Source of the DNA: Chloroflexota bacterium
GTDB taxonomy: Bacteria > Chloroflexota > Anaerolineae > B4-G1 > SLSP01
DNA length: 63,445 bases
NCBI GenBank assembly: GCA_034717835.1
Contig: JAYELZ010000273.1
Location: 1-63,445 of the forward strand
Reading direction: 5' to 3'
This document shows, one piece after another, positions 27,862 to 37,965 of this stretch. The position numbers and the translations under genes are program-made. The stretch's first letter is position 1. Every line of letters begins with the position of its first letter. A model generated the notes under the pieces. The model ran no database searches. It worked only from the letters and a program-made list of their open reading frames with translations, and was not told the DNA's origin.

Positions 27862-29013
27862 TTACTCTTCTCCCTCAACCATTAACATTACCGAGACCTC
27901 CCCGGTATCCTCATCAGTGGTGATATTTAACTGCAACGTGCGCTCATCCTTAGTCCAGGTGTCCATCACCAGACCTTCCATACTCATGCCGCCCTCCGCC
28001 TTACTCCACCCGGCACTCACCAACTCCGCCGCATAGAAGTCGACCACCGTATCGAAATCATCCGCGGTCCCAAAAGAGATCATGCCCATCATCACAGTTT
28101 CATTGGTAGCATTCGGATAACCGGGAATATCATCTGGCAGACCACCACTCGTTGCCTCTGCTGGCGGCTCAATGGTCATATCTGTATTGATATCGGTAAC
28201 ATTCCAGGACATGAAGTAGCTAGTTACCTCCTCATCCTCCATCACCATACCTTCCACTGCACTCTCCATGCGCACCGTGAAAGCCGGTAACCCGCTCTGA
28301 TTGGCAATCCAGAGTTCCATTTTAGCGCTCTCAACCTCGCCAGTATTACCAGGAGTCATTCCAGACATAGCCCCCATCATCTCCATCACCTGTTTGTCAA
28401 GTAGATAATGGCGCGTATGAATTCCATTGACGGTTTCCTTACCCTGATACTCAGCCTGCTCCAACATATCTTCCTGGACATCATCTGGAGAGAAAGGCAG
28501 ATTGTCTTCAAAACTACTAACATCCTCATCCGAAAGCTCGGTCTGCATCCACTCTTCACCCATCTTCATCCACTGGTGGTTGCCAATCTGAATAATCTCC
28601 ATGCTGCTGCCATCGGCGGAGAAGCCCCCGGTCATGATTATCTGATGCGCAGCTGGGTCGCGCGTGGCCGCCATTTCCATTTGCGTCTCTTCTACAGTGC
28701 CATCCTCTGTTTCAAAACGCATAATCATTATGGTGCGGTAACTATCCAACCCGGCCAAAGCTGCTGCGTCAAGTTCGATTTCCTCCGCATCAGCCTCGGC
28801 TTCTGGCACGCTCTCCCCTGCTTCAGCCTCCGTCTCTCCACCCAACCCCTCAGTCAAATTTTCAGCATCCTCGGCTAATTCCTGAGCCTGTTCAGCTAAT
28901 TCCTCTGCTTGCTCACCCACTTCTTGAGCCTTTTCGGTCAAGCTGCCTAGACTACAACCTAACGAAAGTACCAGCAAAACACTTACCAACAACCACAAAT
29001 ACCGCTTCTGCAT
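27862..29013 (-). CDS. Acidic lipoprotein of unknown function
   Basis: Lipobox LSLGCS, an E/D/A-rich linker, and a Met-rich globular part. No recognisable family. Confidence 0.7.
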   Translation of the reverse strand: MQKRYLWLLVSVLLVLSLGCSLGSLTEKAQEVGEQAEELAEQAQELAEDAENLTEGLGGETEAEAGESVPEAEADAEEIELDAAALAGLDSYRTIMIMRFETEDGTVEETQMEMAATRDPAAHQIIMTGGFSADGSSMEIIQIGNHQWMKMGEEWMQTELSDEDVSSFEDNLPFSPDDVQEDMLEQAEYQGKETVNGIHTRHYLLDKQVMEMMGAMSGMTPGNTGEVESAKMELWIANQSGLPAFTVRMESAVEGMVMEDEEVTSYFMSWNVTDINTDMTIEPPAEATSGGLPDDIPGYPNATNETVMMGMISFGTADDFDTVVDFYAAELVSAGWSKAEGGMSMEGLVMDTWTKDERTLQLNITTDEDTGEVSVMLMVEGEE

Positions 29014-29206
29014 AGTTGCCCTCCCGTAAATTATTAACCCGCTATGTTTACAGACATCTTCAAATACACTAAAACATTCTAACAGAGTTATTCCCCCCAG
29101 TCAACTCTTTGATAAAATCACCTCCTTTCTCAAGTAAATATTCACTCCCGTTCCCTCTCCTGTAATTTCTTGCCCTTTAACCTATTAGTGCTATATTGGA
29201 TTCATT

Positions 29207-30364
29207 ATGAATATGGAAGAAGAGGTAAGAATTGTTCCTGATCGTCCCCATCGTCACTGCCCTGTCTGTGATGCACGGGTAGCTGAAGGAGCTAAAACTT
29301 GTTTGATGTGCGGAGCCTCACTAGACGAGAGATCCTCAACCGATGCCGCCGCTTCTGAACCAACAACCAACAAAAAGCAACTCACTTGGCAGCGTCTGGC
29401 CATCCTGGGAGGCTTAGCCTTAGTCATTCTCACCCTGGCGGTACTGCTGGGGTTAAATCTTTCCCACAAAGCCGCCGTGGTACCCACCGCTACCGCCACC
29501 CTCACCGTCACCGCTACCGTTACCCGCTCCCCTACGGTCACACCCTCTCCGACCGCCACCGCCTCACCCTACCCGACCGCCACACCTATCCCACCAGAAG
29601 AGTACACGGTCCAATCTGGCGACACCTTGCTATCCATCGCCAATGAGTTTGATCTCACTGTACTGGAATTAAAAAACTTCAACACCTTAATAGCTGATAC
29701 CATCGTGGTCGGACAAGCACTACTGATACCGCCGCCAACTCCCACCCCCGGTCCCACACCCACTTGGGATCCCTCTCAACCCACTCCGACCTATGCCCCC
29801 TATTTACTCCACACCGTCAAACTGGGGGATACGCTCTCCACGATCGCGGAAAGCTATCACGTCAGCATGGCTGATATTCGCTGGGCCAATGATATTCCCA
29901 CAGACTCTACTACGGTAAAAGTAAATCAAGTGTTGCAAATTCCACACTACACCCCCACGCCAGAGGTTCAGCAGCCAATTCAGGGCGGAGATTCGCCGGC
30001 TAAGCAAACTGGCTATGCGGCCCCCACCCTACTCTATCCACCGGAGGGAATGATTTTCACTGGCGCACAGACGCTGGTTATGCTACAATGGACCTCCACC
30101 GGGATTTTGGAAACAGAAGAGTTTTATCGAGTAGAGCTCATTCTTCCTACTGGAGATAAACCAGAAAACACTTATGCTTACCTTCGTAGCACTGCCTGGC
30201 GGGTACCAACAGAACTCTGCCCGCCCCCGGAGATAGCCAGTCGCACTTGCTCTTGGAATGTAGCAATTGTCCGCCGCAGTGGCCCGGCGGCCAAACCCAG
30301 TTACACAATTATCAGATCCGCCACAGAAGACCGTACTTTTTCCTGGAACGCAACGTCGCCCTAA
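29207..30364 (+). CDS. Zinc-ribbon / single-TM / double-LysM protein
   Basis: CPVCDARVAEGAKTCLMCG, TM segment LAILGGLALVILTLAVLLGL, LysM repeats YTVQSGDTLLSIANEFDL and HTVKLGDTLSTIAESYHV. Confidence 0.85.
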   Translation: MNMEEEVRIVPDRPHRHCPVCDARVAEGAKTCLMCGASLDERSSTDAAASEPTTNKKQLTWQRLAILGGLALVILTLAVLLGLNLSHKAAVVPTATATLTVTATVTRSPTVTPSPTATASPYPTATPIPPEEYTVQSGDTLLSIANEFDLTVLELKNFNTLIADTIVVGQALLIPPPTPTPGPTPTWDPSQPTPTYAPYLLHTVKLGDTLSTIAESYHVSMADIRWANDIPTDSTTVKVNQVLQIPHYTPTPEVQQPIQGGDSPAKQTGYAAPTLLYPPEGMIFTGAQTLVMLQWTSTGILETEEFYRVELILPTGDKPENTYAYLRSTAWRVPTELCPPPEIASRTCSWNVAIVRRSGPAAKPSYTIIRSATEDRTFSWNATSP

Positions 30365-30523
30365 TCGCAGTAAGGATCTCCCGCATTTAGCACGGCACAA
30401 TTAAGGAGCGGGGAATGACTGCCTACAGTCACCCGCGCGCCTGAAAGCCAACACCAATCCGGTACAGTCATTTTTGAAAATCTTGGCGTCCTTTGCAGTG
30501 AAGATCTCCATAGGAGTAGAGCT

Positions 30524-31042
30524 ATGCAGAACCAAAATCGGTCTCAGACCCCCGCTGAATTTTTTTCACAGAGCTATCGACTTTCTTGCACCTTTGATGC
30601 ACGTCGCCAATCTTTGGGAGACTTGCTCTATACTACCACCTCAAATTACTTGATGGTAAGTAATGCCTATATTTCACCTATTAACCACCCTTCCCGCATT
30701 TCTGCCGATTACCCTAGCATCCTCATCGTCAAAGAACGACTCACCTTTGCCCTGACAGCCTACAAAGATGATGCCCTACGCCGCGATCAAAAATATGGTA
30801 GTTACCTCGGCCCCCAACTAACCGCAGTTTTTATCACTCTCCCTCACTTTGAAATCACCGGAGATCTACGCCTGCCCGGGCGCTTTGATCCGCGAATTTT
30901 GCTCAGTTCCCAAACCGAGGGCTTCATCACGTTACTCAACGTAACCGCCCAAGTGGCTTCAAATCCAGAAATTACTTATCGTGGGGAAGCCAGCATAGTC
31001 AATAAAAGCCAGATCAGTTTTATGGGATTAGCCGATCACTAG
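30524..31042 (+). CDS. Hypothetical protein (172 aa)
   Basis: Clean ORF ending 15 nt before the next gene on the same strand. No recognised motif. Confidence 0.55.
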   Translation: MQNQNRSQTPAEFFSQSYRLSCTFDARRQSLGDLLYTTTSNYLMVSNAYISPINHPSRISADYPSILIVKERLTFALTAYKDDALRRDQKYGSYLGPQLTAVFITLPHFEITGDLRLPGRFDPRILLSSQTEGFITLLNVTAQVASNPEITYRGEASIVNKSQISFMGLADH

Positions 31043-31057
31043 CGGGGGAGGTCTTAA

Positions 31058-32152
31058 ATGGCGCGCATACTGATAATTGATGATAGCTATGATATGCTAG
31101 AGTTGCTCAAAGCAATTCTAGTACAGGACGGGAAACACCAAGTGTCACTTAGTCCTAACGGCAAAGATGGTTTGGCTCAAGCCTTGAAGGAGCACCCCGA
31201 TTTGGCAATCGTGGACGTGATGATGCCGGAGATGAACGGTTATGAAGTGGTTCGTCGTCTCCGAGCAGAACCCAGTACAGCCAACATGGGAATCATCATT
31301 CTAACCGCACGGGGGCAAGCCGTGGATAAAACCGCCGCCCTTGAAGCGGGGGCAGATCATTACATGTCAAAACCAGTTGACGCACAAGAACTAATAGATA
31401 CCGTTACTAATACCCTCAATGTTCCGCAAGTGCCGACCGAGTCCGCCATCTATCCCGTTTTTAGTCTGCGGGGAGGAGTAGGCGCTACCACTCTGGCGGT
31501 CAATCTCGCCTTGTTGCTCCAACAGCTGAGCACCACCGTACTCATTGATCTCTCCCCCAACTCAGGCCACTGTGCGCCTTATTTAGGTCTACGGCCTCAA
31601 TATCATTGGGGGATGCTAATCCAGGAGAATACCGCCAAAAACATCGATTCGAGCATCGGCAGCTTAACCCTGAAGCATTCTTCAGGGCTACGCTTGCTGG
31701 CAGCGCCGCCAACCCCTACTCCCGTAGAGCAACTCACCAGCGGAGGAACCGAACTGCTGCTCACCGTTTTGCAGAGGTATCTCCGTTTCATCGTTGTTGA
31801 TATGCCGCCCGTAATAAATACCGTGAGCACATTGCTGTTAGAAAAAGCTAGCAAGGTAATTCTGGTCAGTGGATCCGATTCTCCCAGCCTCCAAACTACA
31901 TTACACACCCTAAAAGCCTTGCAGGAACACCGCGATAAATTAGTATTGGTGCTCAATAACGTTGCACCTGGCCGACAGTTACCTTTAGCCGCAGTACAAC
32001 GCGCGCTCCACATGCCGGTTACAGTACAAATCCCCTACCATGCCCCAGAAGTCGCCACCAAACAGGCGGGAGCGCCGGCCGTGCCCAGTCAACCGAAGTC
32101 CCCGGTAGTAGTCAATTTGCAGCGAGTTGTTCGCATTTTGCTGCATAAATAG
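31058..32152 (+). CDS. Response-regulator receiver fused to a CpaE/TadZ-like (ParA/MinD-fold) domain
   Basis: REC: ILIIDDSYDM...DLAIVDVMMPEMNG...HYMSKP. Then VFSLRGGVGATTLAVNLALLL, a deviant Walker A without the signature lysines. Confidence 0.8.
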   Translation: MARILIIDDSYDMLELLKAILVQDGKHQVSLSPNGKDGLAQALKEHPDLAIVDVMMPEMNGYEVVRRLRAEPSTANMGIIILTARGQAVDKTAALEAGADHYMSKPVDAQELIDTVTNTLNVPQVPTESAIYPVFSLRGGVGATTLAVNLALLLQQLSTTVLIDLSPNSGHCAPYLGLRPQYHWGMLIQENTAKNIDSSIGSLTLKHSSGLRLLAAPPTPTPVEQLTSGGTELLLTVLQRYLRFIVVDMPPVINTVSTLLLEKASKVILVSGSDSPSLQTTLHTLKALQEHRDKLVLVLNNVAPGRQLPLAAVQRALHMPVTVQIPYHAPEVATKQAGAPAVPSQPKSPVVVNLQRVVRILLHK

Positions 32153-32278
32153 CGAGATGCAGTTACCGACTAACTACACAAGCCTTCCGATTACTAAAAA
32201 ACCGGAAAGCTTATCACTTAAATAGCATGATGCAGCTCTAGCTATTGAATTATTACCCTAAGCAGAAGTCCAAACGCG

Positions 32279-32443
32279 CTAGAGCTGGACAGACCCCAGA
32301 ACCAGTAAAAAGAGGGCGCCGATCAATACCACATCCAAGAAGAGTAACACTGAAAGCACAAATTTTTGCCAGGGCAGCAAGCCTAATTCTAACCCCGCAG
32401 GAGCTGCCGCATCAGTTTTTTCTTCTTCTAGCCGCTCCAACAT
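32279..32443 (-). CDS. Possible 54-aa membrane peptide (below the ORF-track cutoff)
   Basis: MLERLEEEKTDAAAPAGLELGLLPWQKFVLSVLLFLDVVLIGALFLLVLGSVQL, with GAGAGG 6 nt upstream of the ATG. Confidence 0.3.
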   Translation of the reverse strand: MLERLEEEKTDAAAPAGLELGLLPWQKFVLSVLLFLDVVLIGALFLLVLGSVQL

Positions 32444-32514
32444 CTAGCACCTCTCTGAAAATACTTTTTGCACCAGTGAAAATGAGCATACCCCGGTAAG
32501 AAGGAAAAGTCAAT

Positions 32515-33111
32515 ATGTCGCCACGTTTACCACGCAAATTCTACGCACGCCCCACGCTCACCGTCGCCCAGGAGCTGCTCAACAAGAGATTGGTACGGCT
32601 CTTAGAGAGCGAGCGACTTGTCGGGCGCATAGTGGAGGTAGAAGCGTATATCGGCACCCAAGATCAAGCTTCCCACGCCCATTGTGGTCTCACGCGGCGC
32701 AATGCAGCGATGTTCGGGCCGCCGGGCCATGCTTACGTCTATCTCATCTACGGCATACACCACTGCTTGAACTTAGTCACTGCTCCGGAGGGCTATCCCG
32801 CCGCCGTCCTGATCCGCGCCTTAGAACCGGTCGCCGGGCTTACTACCCAAGGGCGCTTGCGCGGCTCCAAACGTTCCCGCAAAGAACTGACTAACGGGCC
32901 GGGCAAACTCTGTCAGGCATTGGCCATTGACCGCCGGTTAGATCATGACGATCTCTGCGCGCCACAAAGCCTCCTCTGGATTGAGGACGCGGACGTGCTT
33001 CCCCCTTCAGAGCTTGTTGCCACTCCTCGCATCAACGTTACGGGTGATGAACAAACGCGTAGCGTGCCGTGGCGTTTTTTCATCCGGGATAATGCTTGGG
33101 TGAGCAAATAA
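32515..33111 (+). CDS. mpg: DNA-3-methyladenine glycosylase (Mpg/AAG family)
   Basis: PTLTVAQELLNKRLV, GRIVEVEAYIG..DQASHA, YLIYGIHHCLN. Confidence 0.9.
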   Translation: MSPRLPRKFYARPTLTVAQELLNKRLVRLLESERLVGRIVEVEAYIGTQDQASHAHCGLTRRNAAMFGPPGHAYVYLIYGIHHCLNLVTAPEGYPAAVLIRALEPVAGLTTQGRLRGSKRSRKELTNGPGKLCQALAIDRRLDHDDLCAPQSLLWIEDADVLPPSELVATPRINVTGDEQTRSVPWRFFIRDNAWVSK

Positions 33112-33186
33112 ATCCCCATAGGAACTTATACTAAAACGGGGGGGGAGAAATCTCCCACCCCGTTGACGCGCTAAAAGGTGTAACGT

Positions 33187-34503
33187 TTAAGCGAAACGCT
33201 CTGCCAGAATATCTGCCAGCGTAGGCTTCCCAATCACCTGCAATTCGTAACCAACGCGCTGCATAGGATGCTTGATCTTCAAAATGCGCGTAAGATCAAT
33301 AGGCGTGCCAATTACCACCAAGTCACAAGGTGTATTATTGATGGTTTCCTCTAACGCCTTGATCTGCTCATCGCCGTAGCCCATCGCGGGCAAAATTGTG
33401 CCGGTGCCGGGATACTTCTCGTAAGTGTCCCCAATCGAACCCACCGCGTAGGGACGCGGGTCAATGATCTCTGCCGCACCAAAGCGTTGCGCGGCCACGT
33501 AGCCAGCCCCGTAAGTCATGCCACCATGCGTCAGCGTGGGGCCATCCTCAATTACCAAGACGCGCTTGCCGCGAATTTCTTCTGGGCACTCCACGAAGAG
33601 CGGGGAGGCCGCCTCGACGACCACCGCCTCGGCATTGACTTTTCTCACACTTTGGTAGATTTCAAGCACGTTATCGTAATCAGCAGTATCCATCTTATTG
33701 ATAACGATCACATCCGCGGCCCGGAAGTTAGCCTCACCGGGATAGTAAGAGAGCTCATGACCGGCCCGGTGCGGGTCAGCCACCACGATCCAGAGATCAG
33801 GGACGTAGAAGGGTAAATCGTTGTTCCCGCCGTCCCAGATAATCACGTCGGCTTCCTTCTCCGCCTCACGCAAAATGGCTTCGTAATCCACTCCGGCATA
33901 GACGATCACGCCCCGGTCGATATGCGGCTCGTATTCCTCGCGCTCCTCGATGGTGCATTCATGTTTATCCAAGTCGGAATAATCCGCAAACCGTTGCACT
34001 GCCTGTTTAGCCAAATCACCGTAAGGCATAGGATGCCGAATGGCGACCACACGCTTGCCCAGCTGTTGCAGCACATCGCAAACGCGCCGCGTGGTCTGGG
34101 ATTTACCGGAACCAGTTCTCACCGCACAAATAGCCACTACCGGCTTAGTGCTCTTGACCATCGTCTTCGCGCTCCCCATCATGCGGAAATCGGCGCCCGC
34201 GGCGTTGACCCTGGAAGCCTTGTGCATGACGTACTCATGCGGCACATCTGAGTAAGCGAAAATTACCTGATCAACTTTCTCTGTGGTAATCAGCTCCACC
34301 AATTTCTCTTCTGAGTATATGGGAATGCCCGCCGGATAAAGTTTGCCCGCCAACTCTGGAGGATACCGGCGCCCCTCGATATTAGGGATTTGCGTCGCGG
34401 TGAAGGCCACTACTTCATAGCCCTCATTATCACGGAAGTAGCAGTTGAAGTTGTGAAAGTCACGCCCCGCCGCGCCCATAATTAAAACCCGAATCTTGCC
34501 CAT
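33187..34503 (-). CDS. COG2403-type P-loop protein (annotated in databases as predicted GTPase / cyclic 2,3-diphosphoglycerate synthetase-like)
   Basis: IRVLIMGAAGRDFHNFN, AVRTGSGKSQT, RHPMPYGD. Confidence 0.6.
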   Translation of the reverse strand: MGKIRVLIMGAAGRDFHNFNCYFRDNEGYEVVAFTATQIPNIEGRRYPPELAGKLYPAGIPIYSEEKLVELITTEKVDQVIFAYSDVPHEYVMHKASRVNAAGADFRMMGSAKTMVKSTKPVVAICAVRTGSGKSQTTRRVCDVLQQLGKRVVAIRHPMPYGDLAKQAVQRFADYSDLDKHECTIEEREEYEPHIDRGVIVYAGVDYEAILREAEKEADVIIWDGGNNDLPFYVPDLWIVVADPHRAGHELSYYPGEANFRAADVIVINKMDTADYDNVLEIYQSVRKVNAEAVVVEAASPLFVECPEEIRGKRVLVIEDGPTLTHGGMTYGAGYVAAQRFGAAEIIDPRPYAVGSIGDTYEKYPGTGTILPAMGYGDEQIKALEETINNTPCDLVVIGTPIDLTRILKIKHPMQRVGYELQVIGKPTLADILAERFA

Positions 34504-34607
34504 AGTTTAACTCCTTATTAAAATATACAGTAAAAGCAACTTAATAACTTAGCTACAAAGACTATGCACTACTCTATCTGATTTCCATTAGCTTCACAAG
34601 TGAAATT

Positions 34608-34650
34608 CCGAAACAAAAACGACGCCAATCCTCACTTCGGAAGGCGTCGT
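34608..34650 (-). terminator. Rho-independent terminator after nusB
   Basis: On the minus strand, acgacgcc...ggcgtcgt followed by TTTTGTTTCGG. Confidence 0.7.
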
Positions 34651-34674
34651 AGACTCACAGCACTTAACTAAAAA

Positions 34675-35181
34675 TTAATCCAACAATTCACTGTCCCTCG
34701 ATTCAACCTGCCTGGAATCCAGGATAACTTGTTTAATCTCATCACTTTGGGCGAGTAATGCCCCCAAAACTCCATTGACAAAACCTGGCGCACTATCGCC
34801 CCCAAAAGTCTTGGCTAATTCCACCGACTCGTTGATAGCTACCTTATACGGTATTTCACCTACGGCAAACTCGTATAGAGCCATCCGCAAGAGATTGCGA
34901 TCAACTACAGCCACCTGCTCCAAAGGCCATTGAGAAGCATGTTGCTGGATATAATGATCCAGAATATCACTACACCCCAGCACGCCCAGCACTAGCTCTT
35001 GACAATACTGATGAACCGCCGGAGCAGCTTCCGCTTCTCGTTCGAAACCATGCTGCAAGACCATCCCTACAGGATGCGCTGTTACGTCAACCTCATAGAG
35101 AACTTGCAATGCCAGTTCCCGAGCAAAATGCCGCCCCCCCTTCATCTCTAAAAAAGACTCCGCCTTATGCCGATTCTGCAA
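34675..35181 (-). CDS. nusB: Transcription antitermination factor NusB
   Basis: ARELALQVLYEVDV, NGVLGAL. An alternative start is at 35145. Confidence 0.9.
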   Translation of the reverse strand: MQNRHKAESFLEMKGGRHFARELALQVLYEVDVTAHPVGMVLQHGFEREAEAAPAVHQYCQELVLGVLGCSDILDHYIQQHASQWPLEQVAVVDRNLLRMALYEFAVGEIPYKVAINESVELAKTFGGDSAPGFVNGVLGALLAQSDEIKQVILDSRQVESRDSELLD

Positions 35182-35524
35182 CCGGCAACGGCTCAGAAAT
35201 CACATCCTCAATGTAGACATTGACCACGTCAACTGGCATCTCTATCATCCTTTGGATGGCTTGAGTAACTTCTTTCTGAATGGTCTTACCCAACCTGAGT
35301 AAGCTAACCTCGTGGTCTGCCAAAACATGCACTTCAACGGAAACTCGCCCCTCATTCACGCATACTTCCACGGGGTTACGCCCCAAACCCAAAAAGCGTT
35401 CCCCTTCAACCTTCTGGTAAATTTGCGCCACTCCCGCGACTTTCTGGGTCGTCAGGCGGGCAATAGTTTTCAACACTTCCGGCTCTACAACGATTTTGCC
35501 AGGGACCGCTTCATTTATTCCCAT
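35165..35524 (-). CDS. Asp23/Gls24-family protein
   Basis: GKIVVEPEVLKTIARLTTQKVAGVA...VNVYIEDV. Confidence 0.85.
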   Translation of the reverse strand: MGINEAVPGKIVVEPEVLKTIARLTTQKVAGVAQIYQKVEGERFLGLGRNPVEVCVNEGRVSVEVHVLADHEVSLLRLGKTIQKEVTQAIQRMIEMPVDVVNVYIEDVISEPLPVAESA

Positions 35525-35568
35525 TTAGATAAACTCCTCAGTCACCAACGATGCTAAATCAAAGATAA

Positions 35569-35760
35569 CTATTCTTCTTTCGCCTTCAGAACTTGTCGAC
35601 TACGATAAGTCCCGCAGTTGGGACAAACGTGATAAGGGCGAATCATCTGCCCACACTCGGGGCAAGCGATTAAGTGCGGCAAAGAAGGCGCCGCCCAGGT
35701 TTGCGCGCGGCGATTCTTGCGCCGCCGGCTGGTAATACGATGCTTTGGTACTGCTCCCAT
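35569..35760 (-). CDS. rpmF: 50S ribosomal protein L32
   Basis: MGAVPKHRITSRRRKNRRA...CPECGQ...CPNCG. Confidence 0.93.
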   Translation of the reverse strand: MGAVPKHRITSRRRKNRRAQTWAAPSLPHLIACPECGQMIRPYHVCPNCGTYRSRQVLKAKEE

Positions 35761-36331
35761 CTCTTCAACTCCTTCACTATGTGTTTAACCCACGTTGCAC
35801 ACAAACGCAACCAGCAGGTATTATACGTCTAAGGACGCTTCTGTCAACCTCACGCCATACCACGTAAAATGTTACCGAGGAGTGAAAACCAGGCCCCCAA
35901 TAGAGCCTATGCCCATCGAGGAACGTTATCAATATCCCCAGCGGATGCAACCCCGCTATCGGAAGGCCAACCGCCCAGCCAAGGGGCGGTTGCTGGCTGA
36001 GATGGTGACCCACACCGGATGCTGCAGAAAGAATTAAACCACCTCTGCGCCTACCCCCACGCTACCCCCAGACAGCCGAAAAACATCTTTGAAACCCTCA
36101 CAGACCCCGCCCGATCTGTTTCCGGCCGCCCAGGCCGCACTACAGGCTGAAGAGCCTAGCCTAGAGACCTATCCTAACAAGGAGAGGAAGGGGTAACTGA
36201 CGGTAACTTTATCTTTTGAAAGAACTTGCCGCGTTAGGTAGCTTTATCATTTGACTTGACACGGAAGAAAGAGATTGTTCAATGGGTAGCCAGCTAGTGT
36301 ACTCCAAGAATTAAGTGCACAGCCCGCTTCC

Positions 36332-36360
36332 TTGTCACAACGCTCAAATGACGGTAGAAT
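36332..36360 (+). promoter_or_regulatory. Sigma-70-type promoter directly abutting the murJ start (leaderless configuration)
   Basis: TTGTCA-17 nt-TAGAAT. The -10 ends 6 nt before GTG 36367 / ATG 36370. Confidence 0.4.
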
Positions 36361-36366
36361 GCCTCC

Positions 36367-37965
36367 GTGATGGCAGAAGAGACCGTTATTTCAGGGGAAA
36401 CCAAACAGGTAACTCGCGCCGCCGTCTTGATCTCGCTGGGGAATATCAGCAGCCGGTTGTTGGGGTTGCTCCGAGAGATGGTCAAGTCTTATTTCTTCGG
36501 AGCCGGCGGCGTGGTGAGCGCCTTTGACGTGGCCGCGCAGGTACCCACGATGTTCTACGACCTGTTAGCGGGCGGCATGTTGAGCTCCGCGCTGGTGCCC
36601 GTCTTTTCGGATTACGCTAAATCTGAACGCCAGGAGGAGCTCTGGCACTTGCTCAGCCTCCTTCTCTCCATCGTAACGGTCAGTTTGGGCGGTTTACTGC
36701 TCCTCGTTGAAGCTACAGCCCCTCAAGTCGCCCGGTTGCTCGGCGCCGGCCTGGAACCAGAATACCTCCAACTGGCGACGCGCATGATCTACATCACCAC
36801 CCCCGCCATCCTCTTTCTCAATGTCGCCGCACTCTTTTCTGGCGTGCTCTACGCGCTGCAACGCTTTGAGCGACCCGCCTTCTTGGGAACGGTATCCAAC
36901 GCCACCCTGGTCTTGATCGTCATGTTGCTGGGGCGGAGCGCGCTAGGCGCACACAGTTTAGCCATCGGCTTGCTGGCCGGAAGCTTGGCGCAAGTGCTCT
37001 TCCAATGGCACGCACTGCGCGGTGTCCAGCTCCATCTCGTCTCCCCGTTTACCAGACATCCTGCGCTAGGAACGATTGCTAAACTATATCTCCCCATCGG
37101 GCTGGGACTGATTGTTGATCAACTGACCGTGGCCCTCAGCTTCAACCTGGCCTCGCGCACCGGGGCCAGCGGCATCGCCTGGATGAAGTACGCGGCCACG
37201 ATCATCCAATTCCCGTTGGGAATGGTGGTCACGGCTATCTCCGTGGCGATCCTCCCCACGCTCTCGCGTTACGCCACCGAGTCCGCCGAAGAGAGTTTCC
37301 GGGCGACGCTCTCCAAAGGCTTGCGGCTGGTGCTGATTCTCATCGTGCCAGCAGCGGCGATGATGTTGGTTTTGGCGGAACCGTTGGTTGGGCTACTCTT
37401 TCAGCGTGGCAATTTCATGCCAGCGGATACCGAGGCGGTTTCGCTGGTGCTGCGCCTTAATCTATTGGGATTGGTTTTCGCCGCGCTAGATCAACCGCTC
37501 ATCTTTGCTTTTTATGCCCGCAAAGATACCTGGACTCCGGCGTTGGTGGGAGTAGCCATCAGCGGTCTCTATGCCGCACTGTCGCTAATTCCCACGCTCT
37601 TCGCGCCACCCAATCTTTCTCTGCTGATTATGGCGAACTCCCTCAAATTGACCGGACATGCGCTTCTCATGCTCTATCTCTTCGCCAAAAAAGTAGGAAC
37701 TCTGCGCCCTCACGGTCTGGCTCACACCATCCGTCTGGCTGGCGCGGCGGCGGCGGTGATGCTGCTGCCGATGGTGGGGGGACGTTATCTGGTCAGTTTA
37801 ATGGGGCGGGCAGGTATTGAGAAATTACTGATGGAAATCATCCTGTCCGGAGGATTGGGTGCGCTCACTTATCTAGGTCTGTTGCGCCGGCTAGGCGTAG
37901 AAGAAATCCAATTGCTACACGCGGTATTGCTGCGCTGGTGGCATAGAAATAAAGAGGTCGCATGA
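36367..37965 (+). CDS. murJ: Lipid II flippase MurJ
   Basis: 532 aa polytopic protein. LGNISSRLLGLLREMV...AFDVAAQVPTMFYDLLAGGMLSSALVPVFS. Confidence 0.9.
   Translation: MMAEETVISGETKQVTRAAVLISLGNISSRLLGLLREMVKSYFFGAGGVVSAFDVAAQVPTMFYDLLAGGMLSSALVPVFSDYAKSERQEELWHLLSLLLSIVTVSLGGLLLLVEATAPQVARLLGAGLEPEYLQLATRMIYITTPAILFLNVAALFSGVLYALQRFERPAFLGTVSNATLVLIVMLLGRSALGAHSLAIGLLAGSLAQVLFQWHALRGVQLHLVSPFTRHPALGTIAKLYLPIGLGLIVDQLTVALSFNLASRTGASGIAWMKYAATIIQFPLGMVVTAISVAILPTLSRYATESAEESFRATLSKGLRLVLILIVPAAAMMLVLAEPLVGLLFQRGNFMPADTEAVSLVLRLNLLGLVFAALDQPLIFAFYARKDTWTPALVGVAISGLYAALSLIPTLFAPPNLSLLIMANSLKLTGHALLMLYLFAKKVGTLRPHGLAHTIRLAGAAAAVMLLPMVGGRYLVSLMGRAGIEKLLMEIILSGGLGALTYLGLLRRLGVEEIQLLHAVLLRWWHRNKEVA

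Noticed and set aside
32245-32499. 84-aa plus-strand ORF after the REC-CpaE gene
   Set aside because: It has a TTG start, basic low-complexity sequence, and is antisense to a more plausible small membrane-peptide ORF.
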